From NCBI GenBank assembly GCA_024275415.1, contig JAJRZD010000025.1, positions 30,001 through 62,000 on the forward strand: a stretch of DNA of 32,000 bases, read 5' to 3'. Under the pieces are notes generated by a model. It searched no databases, was not told the origin of the DNA, and was given only the letters and a program-made list of their open reading frames with translations. The position numbers were made by a program, and so were the translations under genes. This document shows positions 8,950-16,195 of the stretch, piece by piece. The DNA comes from an archaeon. Its GTDB lineage: Archaea > Asgardarchaeota > Thorarchaeia > Thorarchaeales > Thorarchaeaceae. The first letter of the stretch is position 1; every line of letters begins with the position of its first letter.

Positions 8950-9012
8950 CTAGTTTCTGACAGCACTTGTGCAGTTGTTTCCCAGCATTATCACGATATT
9001 ATATGACTTCAT
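8950..9012 (-). CDS. Candidate 20-aa small protein MKSYNIVIMLGNNCTSAVRN
   Basis: AGGAGGTG 10 nt upstream of the ATG, a TATA-like TTTTTAAATA at 9076-9085 (minus strand) and a pyrimidine tract after the TAG. Confidence 0.35.
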   Translation of the reverse strand: MKSYNIVIMLGNNCTSAVRN

Positions 9013-9153
9013 ACTTGAACTGCACCTCCTTGCTGTCATTCATAAGATAACCAGACTCGGTTTGGCTCTCGTAAGTATTTAAAAAATGTGGTCAGCGCCA
9101 ATTGGGAAATGGACTTGACAACGCACAAAAAAAGGTGTCTTGATCCGATGGTA

Positions 9154-9858
9154 TCAGACCAAGATCATACTCAGAATCCATGGAGACATAAGCCATAACC
9201 CAAGTACTATGAGTAACAGTCCAACGGCAATCTCAATCACATGAGCTGCATTAGCAATACGTGTGGCCATACGGTTCCTTGCTTCGCCTGTGACGAGGGC
9301 GATAGCAAGATAGGGGATTGCCACACCTATTGACAGCCAGATGAAAAGTGAAACAGCCAGTAAGGGGTTAGCTAATGCACTGACACCAAATACCAGTGGT
9401 AATCCAAGAATAACGACAGGAGCCGTGCAAGGTGCTGCAATCAATGCGTAGCTGAACCCAACAACGAAAACGCCAACCAAACCCTTTGGAGTGTCAGGGT
9501 TCTTCATGGAAAGGCGAGTCAACCCAATCTTTTCACGTAACTTCTGGGAGAGTGTCAGTATTCCCACAAAAACAATGATCGCACCAAGGGCAGCCTGAAT
9601 CTGTGTATAATATTGAAGTAGAAAGTAGGTTGATATGACATAGGATATCAGTGCAAATAGCCCAAGTGATGCAAGGATACCTGAAATAAGTGCACCAGTA
9701 ACGACCACACTTTTTTTCCTACTATCCTCGGATTGGAGACTTCGTATCAGGAATAGTGGCAATAATGGGAAAAGACAGGGAGAGGTAGCAGCATATAGTC
9801 CCGCCATGAAAGCGACCATATGCTCAATGACTACCTCTGCGACTATTTGTGCCAACAT
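9154..9858 (-). CDS. ccdA: CcdA/DsbD-family transmembrane thiol:disulfide electron transporter
   Basis: About 6 TM helices with the two conserved Pro-Cys motifs (TSPCLFPLLP and AAPCTAP). Confidence 0.9.
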   Translation of the reverse strand: MLAQIVAEVVIEHMVAFMAGLYAATSPCLFPLLPLFLIRSLQSEDSRKKSVVVTGALISGILASLGLFALISYVISTYFLLQYYTQIQAALGAIIVFVGILTLSQKLREKIGLTRLSMKNPDTPKGLVGVFVVGFSYALIAAPCTAPVVILGLPLVFGVSALANPLLAVSLFIWLSIGVAIPYLAIALVTGEARNRMATRIANAAHVIEIAVGLLLIVLGLWLMSPWILSMILV

Positions 9859-9867
9859 CGTTGCCGA

Positions 9868-10467
9868 TCATACTCCCAGTTCGACAAGCGTTGCATTGAA
9901 TTCTACGAATCTCCATGTTCCTTCGCGAATCCACCGGAGCGTGCCGGTCTGGTCAATAAGGACAAGGGTCGGAAGATACCGCAGTTTGAGGAAATCGTCT
10001 GCAGGGCTATCTATGGCATAACCCATGTCCCAAAGAAGGCCGTACTCGTCCTTGTAATCCCGCAACATTTGCTCTGTGTCACCCAATGCTGTCGACAGCT
10101 GCACAAAGCACAATCTATCAGAACCGAACTCATTGAATATCTTGACATTATCTGCATTCTGGTATTCACATGCCGGGCACCATGTTGCGAAGAACTCCAG
10201 GATGAGGAATTTGCCATAGGCATCAGAAATCGAAAAGTTGTCCACATCGACCATGAGGAATTCCCAATCAGGGACACTGATATTGTACGATGCCAAGTCC
10301 TGATCTCTGGGGATGAAATCAGGCACACCATCAGTGGTAGTGGTGGTAGATTCTGTAGTAGTTGTCGTGGTTGTGGGCTGTGAGTTCAGAACCACACTCG
10401 TACCAACAACACCACCAACAACAATTCCTAAAACTAGCACGACGACCAGTATCTGTCTTGTTTCCAT
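9868..10467 (-). CDS. Membrane-anchored TlpA/ResA-like thioredoxin
   Basis: N-terminal TM, Thr-rich linker, EFFATWCPAC and YLPTLVLIDQTG. 9 nt upstream of ccdA. Confidence 0.88.
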   Translation of the reverse strand: METRQILVVVLVLGIVVGGVVGTSVVLNSQPTTTTTTTESTTTTTDGVPDFIPRDQDLASYNISVPDWEFLMVDVDNFSISDAYGKFLILEFFATWCPACEYQNADNVKIFNEFGSDRLCFVQLSTALGDTEQMLRDYKDEYGLLWDMGYAIDSPADDFLKLRYLPTLVLIDQTGTLRWIREGTWRFVEFNATLVELGV

Positions 10468-10515
10468 AGTACCAACCTTCTAGGTGAAACAATTGAACTC
10501 AGGAACATAATCCTG

Positions 10516-10524
10516 TTTTAAAAA
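10516..10524. promoter_or_regulatory. TATA-box-like element in the divergent tlpA/xpb intergenic region
   Basis: TTTTAAAAA is near-palindromic and could serve either direction. Confidence 0.45.
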
Positions 10525-10542
10525 TCAACCTATCTCTGTGAT

Positions 10543-10687
10543 GGATGCTCGAAAGGGTTTCCGGACGGTGACAGGAAACACATCCTAGTAGAAAGCAACG
10601 ACCAAACGGAAGGATTTATCACTGGAGATTCTGGCGTACCCGCAATTTCCTATTTGCTGTTCCAAATGGAATGATAGGAACGGGGTA
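10543..10687 (+). ncRNA. Candidate structured RNA or 5' leader upstream of XPB
   Basis: GGATG/CATCC encloses a CTC-GAAA-GGG hairpin and TTTCC/GGAAA. A second nested stem has TACCC/GGGTA, TTCCTAT/ATAGGAA and TTCC/GGAA. Confidence 0.3.
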
Positions 10688-10710
10688 ACAGAAACGCAAA
10701 GGTTGATCAT

Positions 10711-12414
10711 ATGCCAAATCCAATGAATCCACTGATAGTGCAATCGGACAAATCAGTCCTGCTGGAAGTGGACAATCCCAGATACGAGGAAGCAAGAGAT
10801 TCACTGGCTAGGTTCGCAGAGCTAGTCAAAAGTCCAGAATATGTCCATACCTATCGTGTTACACCTTTAAGCTTGTGGAATGCTGCTGCGATGGGGATGA
10901 CTGCCCGTGAGGTTGTCGATGCCCTTGAGGAGTATGCAAAATATCCAATACCAGGAAACATATCTAGAGAGATTGTCGAGTACATGAGCAGGTATGGCCA
11001 GATCACACTGCATGCAATAGGAGATGACCTTCTCCTTGAATGTGCAGACGAAGATTTGGCAGCTGAAATCTGGCAAAGCAGGAAGCCCAGAGAGTACCTT
11101 ATTGAACCAGTCGATGAGAGAACGTTCCTAGTCGATCCCATCAACCGCGGGAACCTGAAACATGCACTACTGGAGATTGGACACCCAGTCGAGGATCTTG
11201 CAGGGTATGCCGAGGGTGAACCTTTGCATTTCGAGCTGCGAGATGTGACACTTGAAGGGAAACCATTCGCTCTAAGAAAGTACCAGAAGGAGGCGGTGTC
11301 TACGTTCCATGCAGGCGGGGGAATCAGAGGTGGGTCTGGCGTCATTGTCCTACCATGTGGAGCTGGGAAGACCATGGTCGGTATAGGTGCTATGCATGAA
11401 CTCCAAACATCAACAATCATCCTGTGTCCCAATGTGGTTGCTGTTAGACAGTGGGTAAAGGAACTCCTCGACAAGACCACCCTTACTGCAAATCAGATTG
11501 GTGAGTACACTGGAGAGGACAAGTCGATTCGCCCTGTCACTGTGGCGACCTACCAGATACTCACTTGGCGCAAGTCTCGGGATGATGAATTCGAGCATTT
11601 CCATCTCTTTGATGCCCGGAACTGGGGACTGATAATCTATGATGAGGTGCATCTCCTACCAGCCCCAGTCTTCCGTGTCACCGCTGCAATCCAGGCAACA
11701 CGACGGTTGGGATTGACAGCCACTCTAGTTCGTGAAGACGAACGAGAAGAGGATGTCTTCAGCCTGATTGGACCGAAACGCTATGATATGCCATGGAAGC
11801 AGCTTGAGGATCAAGGATGGATTGCCACAGCGATATGTTACGAAATCCGGATTGACCTTCCCGATAAGATGCGTCGGAAATATGCCTTGGCTGAAGATAG
11901 GAAAAAATACAGGATTGCAGCCGAGAATCCCATAAAGATACAGCTCATCAAGGAACTCATCGACTATCACAAGGATGACAACGTCCTCATCATAGGAATG
12001 TACCTTGACCAGCTCAAAATGATAGCTGATGAAATCAAGGCGCCTCTAATCACGGGCAAGACTACCAATGAGGACAGGCAAAAACTGTATGAGGCATTCA
12101 GAGAGGGCCGTGAGAAGATACTTGTCGTATCTAAGGTTGCAAACTTTGCTTTGGACCTTCCTGACGCCAATGTAGCAATACAAGTATCGGGAACATTCGG
12201 GTCGAGGCAGGAAGAAGCACAACGACTGGGAAGGATCCTGCGCCCAAAGTCAGATGGTAGCTTTGCAAGGTTCTACTCGATTATCACAAAGGACACGAGG
12301 GATATGGACTTTGCTGCAAAACGCCAGCTGTTCCTTACCGAGCAAGGATACCAGTACGTCATCGCCTCAGCGGATGAAGAGATTTGGAGAAAGGACCCTC
12401 AGAGCTTCTTCTAG
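10711..12414 (+). CDS. xpb: XPB/Rad25/Ssl2 DNA repair helicase with the N-terminal p52-binding (PF13625-type) domain
   Basis: PLIVQSD...FAELVKSPEYVHTYRVTPLSLWNA, LRKYQ, SGVIVLPCGAGKT, DEVH, LGLTATLVRED (RED motif), SKVANFALDLPDAN and QEEAQRLGRILR. Confidence 0.96.
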   Translation: MPNPMNPLIVQSDKSVLLEVDNPRYEEARDSLARFAELVKSPEYVHTYRVTPLSLWNAAAMGMTAREVVDALEEYAKYPIPGNISREIVEYMSRYGQITLHAIGDDLLLECADEDLAAEIWQSRKPREYLIEPVDERTFLVDPINRGNLKHALLEIGHPVEDLAGYAEGEPLHFELRDVTLEGKPFALRKYQKEAVSTFHAGGGIRGGSGVIVLPCGAGKTMVGIGAMHELQTSTIILCPNVVAVRQWVKELLDKTTLTANQIGEYTGEDKSIRPVTVATYQILTWRKSRDDEFEHFHLFDARNWGLIIYDEVHLLPAPVFRVTAAIQATRRLGLTATLVREDEREEDVFSLIGPKRYDMPWKQLEDQGWIATAICYEIRIDLPDKMRRKYALAEDRKKYRIAAENPIKIQLIKELIDYHKDDNVLIIGMYLDQLKMIADEIKAPLITGKTTNEDRQKLYEAFREGREKILVVSKVANFALDLPDANVAIQVSGTFGSRQEEAQRLGRILRPKSDGSFARFYSIITKDTRDMDFAAKRQLFLTEQGYQYVIASADEEIWRKDPQSFF

Positions 12415-13247
12415 ATGGTATTGTCGTTCTTTGGCGGACTTGCCTCGTAGGATGATATCTTGCGGGCTATGGCCTTGAGTTCATCAAGTCCAAGCCTACG
12501 AATGCCCTGCTTGCCGACCTCAAAAGTGACCCACATCGGATTGTGCGGGGCCCCTTTCACTTTTGTGACTCGGAACTGTTTGATCAATACACCAGCCCCC
12601 TCAAAGACTGGTTCGTGCCGGGTGTCGATGATGATATCGCTACTGTAGGTAATCATGTCGTCGTATGCAGCGAACTGCTGGAGTCCGGTGTGGTATGTTG
12701 CCCAGCACGGTATGTATAGGTTCTTGCAAAATGTCGCACGCCATGCCTTGATAGCATTGACTGCTTTGAATGGATGAGACTGGAGAAAAAGCTCCGTTAT
12801 GCTATCGACAAAGATACCTCCAAACTCCATGTTATTTTCCAGTATCAACCCATGAATCGCATCACTGATATGATCTGGTTCTGTCGGTTCTCTGACGAGA
12901 GTTACATGGTCATACTTGGCAGTTTTTCGAAGGATTTGGCTTGAGAAGCAGTCTACCAGATGGATAAGTCCTGACTCAAGAATCTCTTTGTAGTCCAGTC
13001 CCAGATAGCATAGGTTCTGTAATACAGAAACAGGTGTGTCTTCAAAGCATACATAAATGGCTTTCTTACCGGATCTCATAATATGCCGAACCATCTCATT
13101 CAACAAGACAGACTTGCCGCCTCCGCCAGGACCACGGATCACCCCGAATGCGTTCGTTGGGAGTCCTTCAGGCACCTCGGTATCTAGGATGTCAATCCCC
13201 GTCCGGTATAATTCCCGTCCTTTTGCGAGCATATCTTCAAGACTCAA
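12411..13247 (-). CDS. Single-domain KaiC/RAD55-like RecA-superfamily ATPase
   Basis: TGIDILD, Walker A GPGGGGKS, YVCFED, Walker B IFVDSI, SDIIID and RVTKVKG. TTG 13247 preferred as start (GGGGG upstream) over 13367. Confidence 0.87.
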   Translation of the reverse strand: MSLEDMLAKGRELYRTGIDILDTEVPEGLPTNAFGVIRGPGGGGKSVLLNEMVRHIMRSGKKAIYVCFEDTPVSVLQNLCYLGLDYKEILESGLIHLVDCFSSQILRKTAKYDHVTLVREPTEPDHISDAIHGLILENNMEFGGIFVDSITELFLQSHPFKAVNAIKAWRATFCKNLYIPCWATYHTGLQQFAAYDDMITYSSDIIIDTRHEPVFEGAGVLIKQFRVTKVKGAPHNPMWVTFEVGKQGIRRLGLDELKAIARKISSYEASPPKNDNTI

Positions 13248-13401
13248 TTCAAACCCCCTTAAATAACGAACATCGTAGTAGAATAATGTATTGCCTGTAT
13301 CGAGTGGCACATAGTGAAAACAGACACAACCACTCGATTTATATGGGAATAGTATTTCATATGTCATAATAGGATATATCGAAACCGGGTGTGTTCAAGT
13401 T

Positions 13402-13644
13402 ATGAAGATCATGAATGGTAGTGAGTCTGCGGCTGGAACCAATCCTATGCTTCTCAAGATACGGCATGCAGCATTGAACAAGGCGTTTACCCAAATCCGA
13501 GAGAAACGTTTCAATCTAGATGAGTCAAGAACCAACGGATGGATATCCGAAGAAGAATATCAGAAGGAACTTGTGAACCTCATTCTTGAAGGGAATAAAA
13601 TCCGAATGGAGCAGAAACAAATAGAAGAATACCTGAAGCTATAG
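13402..13644 (+). CDS. Small helical/coiled-coil hypothetical protein
   Basis: 80-aa charged helical sequence that fills the gap between opposite-strand genes. Confidence 0.6.
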   Translation: MKIMNGSESAAGTNPMLLKIRHAALNKAFTQIREKRFNLDESRTNGWISEEEYQKELVNLILEGNKIRMEQKQIEEYLKL

Positions 13645-14595
13645 CCAAAAGCTCAGAAAATCTTCAAAAAGTTTCAATTTGGAGTTCACATAGTCAAGGA
13701 TTAACCTCTTCTGTAATCGACCAAGTAGGACTGGAGCAAGCTGTTTCGTTTCAATATCACATAGTATCTGAATGCTCCATTTTATGACGCTGCAAAGTCC
13801 AAGGACAATCATCCATCTCCAATGCTCTGTTGAGCATCCTTCTGCCTTCTTGGACATCAGTCCCTGAAGGGTAGAGGAAGGATGTTGGACAAACAGATAC
13901 GCCCAATCGTAGTAACGGCTGATGCCGCAACAGTCTTCGAGGTCTATGAGGATTGCACGATGCTTTTGGAAAAGGACATTCTTTTCGGAAAGGTCGCCAT
14001 GTGATGTCACTGGATTCCAGTGTTCGGTACCAGACACCATGACAGACCTTTGTACAAGCCGACAGAACTCCATGACCGTGCCCATGAGGGTGTCTGAAAA
14101 CGCACAATCATGATTTTGGATAATGTCATCAAGAGATGATGCAATCTCCATGAGGAAACCATGAGCGTCACGGTATATTGGGATTGAGTGGAGGGTGATA
14201 GCAGATAGTCTGCTAAGAGAGTTACGTAGTATGTGAGAGTCTTCAAGAGTGATCTCAAATGGCGATTCATATACGAGCCCGTTGATATATTCTAAAACCA
14301 GCATAGATAGACCGTATTCTTTTGAAAGGACGCCATAGAAAAGCGGACGAGGACACAGGTCGTGCTTTGAGATGGCATTGTGAAGATAGTAGAGCCGTTC
14401 AAGGTCGCGGTTTCCCATGGAGCGCGGAATCTTTAGGACGAAGGATGGAATACCATCCACGTAGCCCAAAAGATTGACTGTGGACCAACCGTCCAATATG
14501 ACAGGATCCAAGTGAATCTCACCTGCCATCTCTAGGACGGATGATAGTTTCTCTTCAAGCATTTCTTTCGTATGTCCGTAATAATCCCATCCCAT
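13639..14595 (-). CDS. Aminoglycoside phosphotransferase/choline kinase-like protein
   Basis: FVLKIPR, LVLEYING, HGDLSEKNVL (Brenner motif), LIDLE and YDWA. Confidence 0.82.
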   Translation of the reverse strand: MGWDYYGHTKEMLEEKLSSVLEMAGEIHLDPVILDGWSTVNLLGYVDGIPSFVLKIPRSMGNRDLERLYYLHNAISKHDLCPRPLFYGVLSKEYGLSMLVLEYINGLVYESPFEITLEDSHILRNSLSRLSAITLHSIPIYRDAHGFLMEIASSLDDIIQNHDCAFSDTLMGTVMEFCRLVQRSVMVSGTEHWNPVTSHGDLSEKNVLFQKHRAILIDLEDCCGISRYYDWAYLFVQHPSSTLQGLMSKKAEGCSTEHWRWMIVLGLCSVIKWSIQILCDIETKQLAPVLLGRLQKRLILDYVNSKLKLFEDFLSFWL

Positions 14596-14605
14596 ATATC
14601 GAAGA

Positions 14606-14935
14606 ATGCGGGATATCTACTTAAAGAATCTTGAACGATTATACGATATGAAGGGAAAGGACATTCTACTGATGCTATCACATCTGTTTAGGAAATGTGG
14701 AAGGTCTGTTTCATTGGGCGATGCGATCCATCACCTTTCATTTGAATGGAGGTATGGCGAACCCACAAAGATTAGAAAGATCCTTGCAGTAGCTGTTGAG
14801 AATGAGATGATTTCATTTGCTGATGGTAGAATAACTGCAGAATTCATATTCAATATCCAGAAACTGCATCCGAATCAGGCCGACATCTTGAGTAAGCAGC
14901 AAATCAAGAAAGAAGATGTGATACCCCTCTATTAG
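14606..14935 (+). CDS. DUF2240-like archaeal protein
   Basis: LSHLFRKCGR...LSFEWRYGEPTKIRKILAVAVENEMI...EF pattern matches my recollection of DUF2240. Confidence 0.55.
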   Translation: MRDIYLKNLERLYDMKGKDILLMLSHLFRKCGRSVSLGDAIHHLSFEWRYGEPTKIRKILAVAVENEMISFADGRITAEFIFNIQKLHPNQADILSKQQIKKEDVIPLY

Positions 14936-16053
14936 GTAGTGTCGACCATATTAGCAATTGACGCAAGCAACGCTGTGAGATGGATGTGAGGGTTCTTTCC
15001 CTGAATCATCCTATAGTCTATTTCTGCGATCCTGTCAATGATGTGTCGCACTGTATGGGGTTCTAGAGGACGTTTAGCAATCTCACGTTGAACCTGAGCA
15101 ATGACCTCTTGAGGAGTGTATTGTTCCATAGTAAGTAGGTTTCTAAGCGCTTTACGTGCCTTGAGATACTTGTTATCCAATGCTTGTGATATCATGCTCC
15201 GCACTCCTGATGTCAAAGGAGTGTCAGCAAACGCATAGACTATGTCCTCGGTAATGGTCTTTCCCGAGGCGGCACACATTTGGAGCAAGTTCAATGCCCG
15301 ACGCATACTGCCGTTGGACTCGCGGATGATGGCATTCAACCCGTGCATATCAATATCTACCGATTCCTTCTCTGAAACCATAGACAAGAGCTGTGTGATA
15401 TCTTCAGGGGTAGCTGCCTTGAAATGGACAGTAATACAGCGAGATATGATTGCTGGGTTCCAACCAGCGAGGGAGGGGGTCACTAGAACGAACCTGCATG
15501 TATCTGAGTATATCTCCATCGTCCTCCTGAGTGCCTGTAACATGTTGTTGTCAAATGCATCCGCCTCGTCAAGAACCAGTATCTTGACCATATCACTACC
15601 GACAGCGGCAGTAGAAGCAAACATCTTCACCGCCTGATGAAGCAGCTGGCTTCTGTTAGGAATCCCAGTCATTCCTTTCGCCTTTAGCTCCGCTTTTGCC
15701 TCGCGATAGACTACAGACATGTACTCGTCCAGCTCAGAGCGAGCTGCCCTGTCCAGCTTTGCCAATGCTTGGATTTTTCGTTTCGCAGCAGAGATTGTGA
15801 ATGAGCGCAGGTCGCGAATATTGAGCCATTTGAAGTTGGATGTGAATTCCGACTCTAACACATGTCTTGCATAGGCATATGCAGCCAGAGTCTTTCCCGT
15901 ACCAGAAGGGCCGTACAGAAGCAGATGAGGAACCGTCTTGGATTCGGCAAGGGATCTAAGTTGATTGATCGCTGTTTCCTGCCCAATGAACTCGTCCCAG
16001 GTAGTTGGCTGGTATTTTATGCTCCAGAGAACTGGTTCCAATGAATACACCAA
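14932..16053 (-). CDS. rfcS: Replication factor C small subunit, divergent, with a large helical insertion
   Basis: WSIKYQP, IGQE, PHLLLYGPSGTGKT, KILVLDEAD, ALRRTME, SRC arginine finger, GSMRRALNLLQ and the C-terminal collar ending HLTALLA. Confidence 0.9.
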   Translation of the reverse strand: MVYSLEPVLWSIKYQPTTWDEFIGQETAINQLRSLAESKTVPHLLLYGPSGTGKTLAAYAYARHVLESEFTSNFKWLNIRDLRSFTISAAKRKIQALAKLDRAARSELDEYMSVVYREAKAELKAKGMTGIPNRSQLLHQAVKMFASTAAVGSDMVKILVLDEADAFDNNMLQALRRTMEIYSDTCRFVLVTPSLAGWNPAIISRCITVHFKAATPEDITQLLSMVSEKESVDIDMHGLNAIIRESNGSMRRALNLLQMCAASGKTITEDIVYAFADTPLTSGVRSMISQALDNKYLKARKALRNLLTMEQYTPQEVIAQVQREIAKRPLEPHTVRHIIDRIAEIDYRMIQGKNPHIHLTALLASIANMVDTT

Positions 16054-16195
16054 GTGGAAGTGTCCGACCTGCCAAAATAAGGTTACCTTTTAGTTTATCA
16101 GTAAATGAAGTCTAATAGATTGACCTTAACCGTAATGGTCAAATACGCTCGAACGCTGGGCGCTTGTTTGCAAATTCTCAATTCGAGGTTTCGAA

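Noticed and set aside
9806-10383. Several ORFs (71, 106 and 187 aa) overlapping tlpA
   Set aside because: Shadows or alternative frames of a well-supported gene.
10361-10400. Short GTA/GTG/GTT trinucleotide-like runs around 10335-10400
   Set aside because: They encode the Thr-rich linker of the thioredoxin.
10538-10590. Possible SECIS, C/D box, fluoride or c-di-GMP riboswitch, or hammerhead
   Set aside because: Only fragments match (GTGATGG, GAAA loop). There is no 3' GA quartet, no CUGA D box and no CUGAUGA core, and no in-frame UGA selenoprotein candidate was seen nearby.
10851-12170. Minus-strand ORFs up to 209 aa inside XPB
   Set aside because: Antisense shadows with typical Ser-rich composition.
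13248-13367. 40-aa N-terminal extension of the KaiC-like ORF
   Set aside because: It occupies a divergent promoter region, and a better RBS precedes TTG 13247.
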